Positions 55,375 to 63,078 of a DNA stretch of 64,000 bases are shown here, in pieces. Numbering within the stretch: the first letter of the stretch is position 1; each line of letters begins with the position of its first letter. The notes beneath the pieces are model-generated. The model was given only the letters and a program-made list of their open reading frames with translations. It had not been told where the DNA came from and did no database searches. Both the position numbers and the translations under genes were made by a program. The stretch is from positions 180,433 through 244,432 of the IMG/VR virus record IMGVR_UViG_3300017786_003484, one strand, 5' to 3'.

Positions 55375-55429
55375 GGTTGACCTTTTAAACAAAGTGTTGT
55401 ATATTATACAGACAATAAGGAATTAGGAG
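55375..55429 (+). promoter_or_regulatory. sigma70-type early promoter plus conserved leader
   Basis: TTGACC 55377-55382, N17, TATATT, ATAAGGAATTAGGAG 55415-55429. Confidence 0.85.
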
Positions 55430-55434
55430 ATTAC

Positions 55435-55650
55435 ATGAATATAACAAACCAAACTTACCGCCTTGCAACTGAAGACTTCATCTTACATCAGCCCGTTGAT
55501 GATTTTGTGTTTGAGGGTGCAGTAGGCTTCAATGCCTTAATTGACTTTATGTCATGCAATGAGGAATTTGAGCTTGAGGTAGCTATGGTTTATCTAGATA
55601 AGCAGGGTGGTATTGACTCAGCTTATCCTAAATTGCCAATGACTGTATAG
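55435..55650 (+). CDS. small early hypothetical protein
   Basis: Follows the promoter cassette. Confidence 0.7.
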   Translation: MNITNQTYRLATEDFILHQPVDDFVFEGAVGFNALIDFMSCNEEFELEVAMVYLDKQGGIDSAYPKLPMTV

Positions 55651-55660
55651 GGAGAGATAA

Positions 55661-55870
55661 ATGGGAATGTCAAGTTGGATTATGGACAGGGTAGACGAGT
55701 TCTACAAAATAGCTCAAACTAAAATAGGTGAGTGTGAATCCTGCAACGAGTTTATTTTTGCTATGAAAGGTCATGAACATATGTTACTTGGTTCAGAAGA
55801 ACTTGAGTATGTTCAAGAAGGTGGTTATCACGAGATGTGGAGCGATTTTTGGAGTGATTATCAACAGTAG
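55661..55870 (+). CDS. small hypothetical protein
   Basis: GGGAG SD. Confidence 0.7.
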   Translation: MGMSSWIMDRVDEFYKIAQTKIGECESCNEFIFAMKGHEHMLLGSEELEYVQEGGYHEMWSDFWSDYQQ

Positions 55871-55893
55871 ATTTCTTTAGTTTAGTCAGTAAT

Positions 55894-55980
55894 GCGAGCA
55901 TGGCGGAATAGGTAGACGCAACGGACTTAAAATCCGTTATCAATTATGGTGTGTGGGTTCGAGTCCCTCTGCTCGCACCA
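55894..55980 (+). tRNA. tRNA-Leu(TAA)
   Basis: GCGAGCA/TGCTCGC acceptor, ACGGA-CTTAAAA-TCCGT, long variable arm, encoded CCA. Confidence 0.96.
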
Positions 55981-55982
55981 AC

Positions 55983-56057
55983 TGGCGTATAGTTCAATGG
56001 TAGAACCGACCGCTCATAACGGTCTTGTTGGGAGTTCGATTCTCTCTGCGCCAACCA
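55983..56057 (+). tRNA. tRNA with CAT anticodon (Ile2-lysidine or elongator Met)
   Basis: TGGCGTA/TGCGCCA, GACCG-CTCATAA-CGGTC, encoded CCA; lacks the initiator GGG/CCC stem. Confidence 0.92.
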
Positions 56058-56063
56058 ACCTTT

Positions 56064-56882
56064 TTATATAAATTCAACTCTATCAAATATAAATGAGTCT
56101 TTATATCTGAGACTAAATTCTTTGAATTGGTCACTCTCAACATATCCAATAGGAAATTCATAAGGTATATTAGTCATATTATAAGATTTAATCCAATCTT
56201 TAAATTGTGTTGACTTGTATATCTTTTTTCTGTTATCATTTAAATCAATAAAGAATCCACCAAAAGAACCTAACCTTCCTGTACAATCATCTTGTGTAGG
56301 ATCATCATTTTCTATAAATGATTGAAGTACACATTTACCTAAGATAGATTGATCTAGTAAAACTAAATTTTGTCGATTCATATCTGGATATCCGTAATTC
56401 AACTGTTGATCTTCTTTAGAAAATTGCAACCAAGTAGAACGATTGCTTTGTCCTCGATTAACATTAAAATGTATATTAGTTGGAATATTTTCTTCATAAA
56501 ATATACTATTTTGGCCTGGTGTAGTATAACATTCTAATCTGTGTACTGATTCATTTATTTGATTGATCATTTCAAAGTCTAGTATTCTAAAATTAGAAGT
56601 AAAATATCTGTGAAGCATGTTGAGGGTTGTCTGATTAAAATCAAATCTGTCTGGAACATTTAAGTTCGAGTTAAGAATAGTTAGAGCTTGTAATATATTG
56701 TTCCAATGTTCTGTGATTTTGCTTTCGTCTGGTTCCTGCTTTTTGAAAGTTTCTATTATATCATATCTATAATAAGATCTATGCATTTTCTTAAAATGAT
56801 CAAACCATTTTTTAACTGCTGGTTTGTCAAATAGTTTTACTTCTATTTGTTTATTATTCTTAAATATCATCTTGAGTTTCAT
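56064..56882 (-). CDS. hypothetical protein
   Basis: Q..LN.LH.YF..IN..VH.LE motif; start moved to ATG 56882 (TAAATA-N5-ATG). Confidence 0.7.
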   Translation of the reverse strand: MKLKMIFKNNKQIEVKLFDKPAVKKWFDHFKKMHRSYYRYDIIETFKKQEPDESKITEHWNNILQALTILNSNLNVPDRFDFNQTTLNMLHRYFTSNFRILDFEMINQINESVHRLECYTTPGQNSIFYEENIPTNIHFNVNRGQSNRSTWLQFSKEDQQLNYGYPDMNRQNLVLLDQSILGKCVLQSFIENDDPTQDDCTGRLGSFGGFFIDLNDNRKKIYKSTQFKDWIKSYNMTNIPYEFPIGYVESDQFKEFSLRYKDSFIFDRVEFI

Positions 56883-56930
56883 ATCAATATTTAACGTTTT
56901 TAAATGAAAGAGCAACAGTTAAATAGTTGG

Positions 56931-57018
56931 ATGGTAAATAAAAGCATACACAAGTAATTCGCAAGTTGGGAGAAGGCGCCAACACGTTCGTCTAGTTTAA
57001 AACTAGGCGGTTTTTTTT
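56931..57018 (+). ncRNA. candidate small RNA / micro-ORF transcript
   Basis: TAAATA 56920-56925, 8-codon ORF, GTTGG/CCAAC hairpin, strong terminator. Confidence 0.5.
56989..57018 (+). terminator. intrinsic terminator
   Basis: CGTCTAGTT-TAA-AACTAGGCG followed by T8. Confidence 0.85.
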
Positions 57019-57037
57019 GACTTTTTTTCCAGAAAAA

Positions 57038-57092
57038 GGTTGACCTTTGGACCAACCCATGCTATATTATAAAGACAATAAGGAATTAGGAG
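57038..57092 (+). promoter_or_regulatory. sigma70-type early promoter plus conserved leader
   Basis: TTGACC 57040-57045, N17, TATATT, ATAAGGAATTAGGAG 57078-57092. Confidence 0.85.
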
Positions 57093-57101
57093 AAATACTA
57101 A

Positions 57102-57350
57102 ATGATTAATCCAATTGCAAAAACCGAATATGAAGATGGTGTTATTTGTGCCCAGTTAGAAATACACGAAGGTTTGGATGCAGACTGTATTGAGTTGATC
57201 GAAGACTACATCAATGATGCAGATAAGAAGATGACTAACGGATACAAGAATGCCGCTGGTACTATCTTGAACGATCATTTAGATTTTAATAAAGGATATT
57301 TTGAGACACTTGTTCCTCACTATATCAAATCAAAAGGGGAGAATGTATAA
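57102..57350 (+). CDS. small early hypothetical protein
   Basis: Follows the promoter cassette. Confidence 0.7.
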   Translation: MINPIAKTEYEDGVICAQLEIHEGLDADCIELIEDYINDADKKMTNGYKNAAGTILNDHLDFNKGYFETLVPHYIKSKGENV

Positions 57351-57530
57351 ATGATACCTAAAGCACCAAATGTTAAATTTGAAGTCTTCTTAGTTAATTT
57401 TGGCTATGTATGCGGAGCAACTGATACCTTAGAGAAAGCTATCAAGCTGGCTAAGAAAACAGGTTTTCAGTGTAACATTTTCAAATCAAATGATCCATTT
57501 ACTCCGATTAAATGGGTTTCTCCTGTATGA
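57351..57530 (+). CDS. 59 aa protein (not in ORF track)
   Basis: MIPKAPNVKFEVFLVNFGY...; GGGGAG SD. Confidence 0.65.
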   Translation: MIPKAPNVKFEVFLVNFGYVCGATDTLEKAIKLAKKTGFQCNIFKSNDPFTPIKWVSPV

Positions 57531-57628
57531 AGCTCTATCCGTTGAAAGATATTTGTTTGGCTACAGTAATTGTTATTGTAGTCGTATTTGGTCAAGACAT
57601 CATCACCTACTTAGGGAGATTTGTATGA
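57527..57628 (+). CDS. 33 aa membrane peptide (not in ORF track)
   Basis: ATGA overlaps at both ends. Confidence 0.5.
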   Translation: MKLYPLKDICLATVIVIVVVFGQDIITYLGRFV

Positions 57629-58029
57629 CAATGCATTTAGTTGGTCCTTATATGACCACAACAGTTTATAGTCGTAAGAAAAGTAAGCCTAAGAAGAAAA
57701 CACAGGCTCAACTTCAGTCTGAGGCTAAACACGAAAAGTATCTGCGAAAGATGGGTGTTCATCCTGATCAAAGGAAAGAAGTACAAAATAAGTTTAATAA
57801 AGGGGATAAGTGTTACGGTAGCACGGCTGGCTCCAACCCAGTAAGAGAGGGTTCAATTCCTTCATCCTCTGCCAATTCTTTGTTCTATGATAAAAGTATG
57901 GCTAAGCCTGCACCTAAAGTTTATACAGGTACAGAGATTGTTGGAATTGCTGTCATGCATAAATCTAATGCCGTTCCTATTAGAGGAAAGAAACAAGCTG
58001 AAGAAATAGCTAGAATGCGGAGAGGCTAA
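57625..58029 (+). CDS. conserved basic phage protein containing a nested tRNA
   Basis: MTMHLVGPY.TT..HEK.L..MGVHPDQ N-part and YTG....GIA.MHKSNAVP....A.EIA.MRRG C-part; GGGAG SD before ATG 57625. Confidence 0.8.
   Translation: MTMHLVGPYMTTTVYSRKKSKPKKKTQAQLQSEAKHEKYLRKMGVHPDQRKEVQNKFNKGDKCYGSTAGSNPVREGSIPSSSANSLFYDKSMAKPAPKVYTGTEIVGIAVMHKSNAVPIRGKKQAEEIARMRRG
57801..57874 (+). tRNA. tRNA-Trp(CCA), nested in CDS 57625-58029
   Basis: AGGGGAT/ATCCTCT acceptor, GTGT/GCAC D-stem, GCTGG-CTCCAAC-CCAGT, GAGGG-TTCAATT-CCTTC, G73 plus CCA; atypical A8/U14. Confidence 0.85.
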
Positions 58030-58670
58030 TGAAGGCTGAAATTCTAGCAAAGAATATTGCAAACGGAAGTGGCGGCCACGGGCTTAAACAAAAGATACTT
58101 GAACAAATCTTTTCTCAGCACGAAGACAAACTTGATGACTTATGTTATACTTTTCAAAAAGTAATTTCACTAAGTGGATCTGATTATTTTAGTACACAAG
58201 ATATCTCTATTGGTGAGCCTCTATCAAGTGACTTTACAGAATGGCATCACATTGATGCCAAGCACGATGCATCTTGGGGATTCAGTAAAAAAGATGCTGG
58301 GTGTTACATATACGGATATTTTCCTTTAAGTAAACCCAAAGGTCCTGCAGACTTTCTTGGCAATGAAGTTATTTACATAGGTGAAAGCAGAGCGGTAAGT
58401 AGAAACTGTATGTTAGGTAGACGCACAGACTTTAAAGGCACTATTCGAAATGAACGCCTTAGCCCTTATGGCTGTGGTACTGCATTTAAAAATAACTATA
58501 AAATTGAGGATCTTGATAATTGTTACCAAGCATATCTTCCAATGCATAGTAGTCTGGTTAAGTCATATGAAATGAGATTGTTGTCAGAGTATTATAAGAA
58601 ATATAAGAAGGTACCTTTATGTAATCCAGCTAATGATTTACATAGAGTTAAATTGTTAACAGATGTATAG
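58029..58670 (+). CDS. GIY-YIG-like nuclease domain protein
   Basis: GCYIY..VIYIGES..R..E..LL..Y...Y...P.CN. Confidence 0.6.
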   Translation: MKAEILAKNIANGSGGHGLKQKILEQIFSQHEDKLDDLCYTFQKVISLSGSDYFSTQDISIGEPLSSDFTEWHHIDAKHDASWGFSKKDAGCYIYGYFPLSKPKGPADFLGNEVIYIGESRAVSRNCMLGRRTDFKGTIRNERLSPYGCGTAFKNNYKIEDLDNCYQAYLPMHSSLVKSYEMRLLSEYYKKYKKVPLCNPANDLHRVKLLTDV

Positions 58671-59160
58671 AGTAACCGCTTACTTTAAGAATCATAAAGT
58701 CACACAAAAATTTTATGACCTATATGATGCAATTGATTGGAGAGATGTTGCAGATGCACATTATCCCAATAAAGTCACATTTGAAAAGGAGAGTTCTGTG
58801 AGAGAATTTATTTACAACAGTTGGAATGGTGTTATGAATGCTGATGTTAGTCCACTAAAGCACATTAAAGATTTACAGGTTAGGCATATGGTTTTGCAAA
58901 TACTGGCTTGGATGTGGTGTATTACATTTGCTATGATAGTTGGTAGTTGGACCGTGTTTGGTATTAGTGCAGTAAGTCACCTTTTACTACTAGCGGCTAT
59001 TGCAATTACTGTAGGAACATTTGAAACCGCAAAACGTAAACCTGATGCTTTTACTTTTGTTAAAGGATATCATAGCGGAGGACGAAGCAGAGGTGCAGTT
59101 TGGGTAGATGGTAAAAAGATTAATCTTCCTAAAGGTGATCCGGGTGGTGAACACGAGTAA
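58663..59160 (+). CDS. membrane protein
   Basis: W..VMN...PL.HI..RH..LQ.LAWMWC, two TMs, GGEHE end. Confidence 0.75.
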   Translation: MYRVTAYFKNHKVTQKFYDLYDAIDWRDVADAHYPNKVTFEKESSVREFIYNSWNGVMNADVSPLKHIKDLQVRHMVLQILAWMWCITFAMIVGSWTVFGISAVSHLLLLAAIAITVGTFETAKRKPDAFTFVKGYHSGGRSRGAVWVDGKKINLPKGDPGGEHE

Positions 59161-59408
59161 TGAAAACAATAATCCATATCAATAAGAATCTTAAACAATC
59201 AGATGATAAGCATGGATTAGATAGACCTGTTTGTCGTGTGGAAGTAAAAGGTGAAACTTGGTATGGATCAGCAGTTGATATTGAAGGGCCTAGTAAAATG
59301 GTTTATAGGCCAAACAATCCAAGAGCATGTGGTGCTAAGTTATGGATTGAAACAGAAGCAGAAGTTATTATTCACGATAAAGTAAAGTATAGTGAAATAA
59401 ATAGATAA
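59160..59408 (+). CDS. conserved small phage protein
   Basis: IHIN..V.I.GPS..VY.P..CGAKLWIET. Confidence 0.75.
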   Translation: MKTIIHINKNLKQSDDKHGLDRPVCRVEVKGETWYGSAVDIEGPSKMVYRPNNPRACGAKLWIETEAEVIIHDKVKYSEINR

Positions 59409-59409
59409 G

Positions 59410-59577
59410 ATGAATACTATATGGCACTACTGGTGCAAGGCTATTGGACAAAAAGCATTTGATGAAGATAAGAAAGCTGATCGAGTAGCAATTATTAGAA
59501 CGATATGGATCCTGCTCCATATTGTAACTTGTATAGCAATCATAGCAGGAAACGGACGAATGTTCGGAATTTGGTAA
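59410..59577 (+). CDS. 55 aa membrane protein (not in ORF track)
   Basis: W.YWCKAIG.KA...ADRVA.IRT followed by a TM. Confidence 0.65.
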   Translation: MNTIWHYWCKAIGQKAFDEDKKADRVAIIRTIWILLHIVTCIAIIAGNGRMFGIW

Positions 59578-59589
59578 AGGAGATCCAAA

Positions 59590-60012
59590 ATGAAGAAAGC
59601 AATACTTTTTACAACTAGTGTATTTGTAACTTTCGCAGTGACAGCTCAAGCAGATGTTAGTGCCAAGATTACAGATTACTATAAAGATGTTATAAACACT
59701 CAGCCATATCAAGTTGAAGTTTGTAGCAATGTACATGTTCCAGGTGATAGATCCGGAGATATGCTAAGAGGAGCTATCATTGGCGGTATTATTGGAAATA
59801 ATGTAACTAAAAACTTGCCAGACGGTGGTACCGCAGGTGCTATTATTGGTGGACTGTTTGGCCACTCTAACTCTAATGCAACTGGCGGAACACAAAGACA
59901 ATGCCGTACTGAAACTCATTACAATGATTCTCATGAAAGAGTTTATGACTATTCGGTTATGACTTTTTATTATGATGGCAAACGTCAGAGAGTTAGATTT
60001 AGAAAAAACTAA
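59590..60012 (+). CDS. glycine-zipper 2TM exported protein
   Basis: Signal peptide; GAIIGGIIG..GAIIGGLFG. Confidence 0.85.
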   Translation: MKKAILFTTSVFVTFAVTAQADVSAKITDYYKDVINTQPYQVEVCSNVHVPGDRSGDMLRGAIIGGIIGNNVTKNLPDGGTAGAIIGGLFGHSNSNATGGTQRQCRTETHYNDSHERVYDYSVMTFYYDGKRQRVRFRKN

Positions 60013-60071
60013 TTAGGTTTACAAGTCTTAAATCTAATAATAAATATTTCTAAGTAACCCAGGAGAGTTTT

Positions 60072-61142
60072 ATGCGGAAGTTAGAAAAAGAAACCTACTT
60101 GAACCCAAGATGGGGTTCAATGTTTGAAGGAATGTCCTATAACGAAATAATGGACTTGGGATTTTCCTTTTGGCATGCTAAGTTAGTTGAAAGACAATTC
60201 TTTTGCTGGCGTGGTTTAGATTCTAAAATGACTGATGAGCAACTATGGGACTTAGGTACATTGGTTGGTAAGCCTTGGGATACAGAGGGTTATAAAGTTG
60301 GAGCAGATATCTCAGGCTTTAAATTTGATGGAACTACTGACAAAGAAAATGAAGCAGTGGTTGACTCTTCTACAGGACAAGATATTATTGAGGATATGAA
60401 AACCTCAAAGGATAAGCCAGTTAGTTATTTCTTTTCTGGTAATACTATATTTGGTGACAAATATATGGCTTATCATTCAGACCTCCCTCACACATTAGCA
60501 ACTGGACACGAACCTTATCCTGCTAGAGCTTTATTGATGGTTAATATGCCTGAGGATAGTTCAGGTGATACACAATGGCTTGATATGGAAGGTGCTTGGG
60601 AACAAATGACTGATGAAGAAAAGGCTCCTTATCAAGGGCTATTCATTAAACAACAACATATGTATCATCCAGGAAGAAAGTATAGCACATTTCCTTTTCT
60701 CAAACAGAATCCGTGGAATGGTAAATGGTCACCAAGATTAAACTGTATTGCAGGAAATAGAAAAGCAAAGGCTTGGATAGCACCGGGCGGAGTAATTAAA
60801 AAAGGAGTAGGATCTTTAGGTATCAAAGAAGCAAGGCAACTTGTTTTTGATTTATACGATATACTAGAAACTAAAGAACATGCCTTGTATACACATCAAT
60901 GGCAGAATGGTGATATTCTCCTCTACACCAATTGGCCTTCAGTTCATGCTAGAGCCGGAGTTAATATTAACCAAGACAGCGGTGAAAAGAGAGAATTAAA
61001 AAGAATTACTATTGATACACCGTTTCCAGATGATTATATGGTTGACAGAGGTAGTGATTATTTTCCTGCTAGAGTTAAGAATCCTAAATACAGTGAGTTC
61101 CCTCAAATTGAAGAGCCATTTCCAGGCTTCTTTAAAAAGTAA
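60072..61142 (+). CDS. TauD/TfdA-family 2OG dioxygenase
   Basis: YHSD, GDT.W.D...AW, HQWQ.GD.L...N...HAR, R.L.R. Confidence 0.85.
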   Translation: MRKLEKETYLNPRWGSMFEGMSYNEIMDLGFSFWHAKLVERQFFCWRGLDSKMTDEQLWDLGTLVGKPWDTEGYKVGADISGFKFDGTTDKENEAVVDSSTGQDIIEDMKTSKDKPVSYFFSGNTIFGDKYMAYHSDLPHTLATGHEPYPARALLMVNMPEDSSGDTQWLDMEGAWEQMTDEEKAPYQGLFIKQQHMYHPGRKYSTFPFLKQNPWNGKWSPRLNCIAGNRKAKAWIAPGGVIKKGVGSLGIKEARQLVFDLYDILETKEHALYTHQWQNGDILLYTNWPSVHARAGVNINQDSGEKRELKRITIDTPFPDDYMVDRGSDYFPARVKNPKYSEFPQIEEPFPGFFKK

Positions 61143-62172
61143 GATTATCTATAATATTCCATTGTTTTTGCACATAACGTTTAAAGACCTCTCGGTTAGC
61201 TAAAAGAGCTGGATACATCTTTTTATACATATCTTGCTTTTCTTTTCTAGTCATTTGCCTTACCCAATCTAATATTCTTGCTATATTAATTGGTATCATA
61301 TTATAATCTTCAATTGAATTAATTCCCAGTCTAATTGGCCAATAATCCAAAAAGGTCTCAAAGCCTTGTTCTTTTAAATGTTCATAAATGGCAGGGTTTC
61401 CATTTATAATAAATGGACGCAGTCCTAAGATTGGTTTAAAGATCTTTTCTGAAAGAAATGGATAGTCTTCACGATAATATTGATCAGTTTCGCTGACTAT
61501 ATTAATTAAATGATTTCTCCATATATCTCCATCTCCTAAAGAAAAGATATCATTAGGAATTGAATTGGCTCCGCTTGACTCTTGTAAAGATATTCCAGGA
61601 GGATTTTCATTTAAATGAAATAACCAACCTTTTTCTTTTGCTCTATTACCATACCCAGTATCTTCATATCCGAGTGTAACGATACCATGCTGATTTAATC
61701 TTAACAAATAGAGTTGACTAACCAGTTCAACTCTATGCCTAGTTGGCTTTCTATTATACGAAATAAAATCATATTTGAAATCTGGGTTTAAAAACATTTC
61801 TTGTTCAGTTGGTTTGATAAAATTATCTTCTACATTGATTGCCCAAAAAGAATAACGATTTCTTTTATCTGTAGCATGATTGCCAATGATATACACATTT
61901 GGCCTTATTGATAACTGATGTAGTGCATCATCAATTCCATTATTCACATAAGGAGGATCAAAGTCTGTCATTAAAAATATATTGGCATCTACGTCATTAA
62001 TGATTTCTTCTGCAATATGATATTTTCCAAACGTTAAATTATAAACATAATTCTTTTTATAAGGAAACTCTTCATCTATTTGTAACCTTATTCTATTCCA
62101 TATCTTCTGCCAGACTATACCACTTCGATTGGTAGGAAACAGCGGATCGGTCATTAACACAGGTAAGCTCAT
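61132..62172 (-). CDS. glycosyltransferase-related phage protein (putative)
   Basis: YNRKP..HR..LV, INIVSET..FLSEKIFKPI...RPFII.G. Confidence 0.5.
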   Translation of the reverse strand: MSLPVLMTDPLFPTNRSGIVWQKIWNRIRLQIDEEFPYKKNYVYNLTFGKYHIAEEIINDVDANIFLMTDFDPPYVNNGIDDALHQLSIRPNVYIIGNHATDKRNRYSFWAINVEDNFIKPTEQEMFLNPDFKYDFISYNRKPTRHRVELVSQLYLLRLNQHGIVTLGYEDTGYGNRAKEKGWLFHLNENPPGISLQESSGANSIPNDIFSLGDGDIWRNHLINIVSETDQYYREDYPFLSEKIFKPILGLRPFIINGNPAIYEHLKEQGFETFLDYWPIRLGINSIEDYNMIPINIARILDWVRQMTRKEKQDMYKKMYPALLANREVFKRYVQKQWNIIDNLTF

Positions 62173-62187
62173 AGTAATATTTAACCC

Positions 62188-62217
62188 AAAAAGAAACCCG
62201 GCACTAGACCGGGTTCC
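62188..62217 (-). terminator. intrinsic terminator
   Basis: Minus strand AACCCGG-TCTAGTG-CCGGGTT followed by TCTTTTT. Confidence 0.85.
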
Positions 62218-62238
62218 TCAAATCTCTGCATCTAATGA

Positions 62239-62556
62239 TTACAGATTAAACTTAGGCATATCGATAATGATTTCTTTTTCATCAATACCTTTTTCAGTAT
62301 TGTATGCTTTACGAGCATCATTAATTGCTTTCATTCCTGCATCAGCAACATATGCATCATATAGTTCTACTCTAGGAAAGAACTTGATATAATAGAGTCT
62401 TAGTCCATTGTGGAAGTGTCTACGAGCAGTGATCGATCTATGCTCTTTTTTAGAAGCGGCACTTACTGCGGCTTTCTGTTCATCTGTGGTTTTATACCAT
62501 TCGATGTCTTTTGATGTTTTCTTATACCTACGGATAAGCATTTTAGCTCCAGCCAT
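62239..62556 (-). CDS. small protein, RxAYNxE family member
   Basis: DIEWY..NGL..YDAY.AD..RKAYNTEKGI; own TAAATA promoter, AAGGAG SD and terminator. Confidence 0.75.
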   Translation of the reverse strand: MAGAKMLIRRYKKTSKDIEWYKTTDEQKAAVSAASKKEHRSITARRHFHNGLRLYYIKFFPRVELYDAYVADAGMKAINDARKAYNTEKGIDEKEIIIDMPKFNL

Positions 62557-62636
62557 AATATATTCTCCTTTTTATGTTTCGTCTTGCTTGACGACATAAG
62601 AGCAATCTTGCCCTCAATTCTATTTAGCCAAAAAAA

Positions 62637-62667
62637 GGTTGACAAATGGGCTTAACCCTGTTATGCT
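62637..62667 (+). promoter_or_regulatory. sigma70-type promoter
   Basis: A-tract, GGTTGACA, N17, TATGCT. Confidence 0.7.
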
Positions 62668-62720
62668 GTAAATAAAGGCTGTTTTCCAGGCAAAATTTCC
62701 GGTGAATAAGAGCAAAAAAA

Positions 62721-62751
62721 GGTTGACCTTAACCACCGAATCGTGTACTAT
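62721..62751 (+). promoter_or_regulatory. sigma70-type early promoter (leaderless mRNA)
   Basis: GGTTGACC-N17-TACTAT; ATG 62758 begins 7 nt after the -10 box. Confidence 0.8.
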
Positions 62752-62757
62752 AATAAT

Positions 62758-63078
62758 ATGAGCAATGCAAAACGCAAGAAACGTACTGATCGCAACCATG
62801 TTATCTATGAGCTAGAATGCATAGAAACAGGCGAAACGTACATCGGAGTCACGGTACAAGACGGCAATCCAGAGTCGAGTGTTCGTGGTCGTTTTAACAG
62901 GCACATTAGCAGAGCCCGTAAAGAAGGTAAGGACTGGCTACTATGTGAAGCTCTTCGTAAATACGGTAGAGAAGGATTTGAACGTAAAGTCCTCGAAGTA
63001 ATCAGAGGCAAGGCACCAGCTCATGAAAGAGAACGTGAGTTAACTAAACAACAGAAACCGGAGTTGAACACATTATGA
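62758..63078 (+). CDS. GIY-YIG nuclease domain protein
   Basis: VIY.L....TGE.YIG.T..RF.RH..A.RKYG...F....LE...AH.RE...P.LNT. Confidence 0.85.
   Translation: MSNAKRKKRTDRNHVIYELECIETGETYIGVTVQDGNPESSVRGRFNRHISRARKEGKDWLLCEALRKYGREGFERKVLEVIRGKAPAHERERELTKQQKPELNTL

Noticed and set aside
57490-57624. 45-aa N-terminal extension of the 57490 ORF
   Set aside because: Overlaps two better-supported coupled small ORFs; the SD points to ATG 57625
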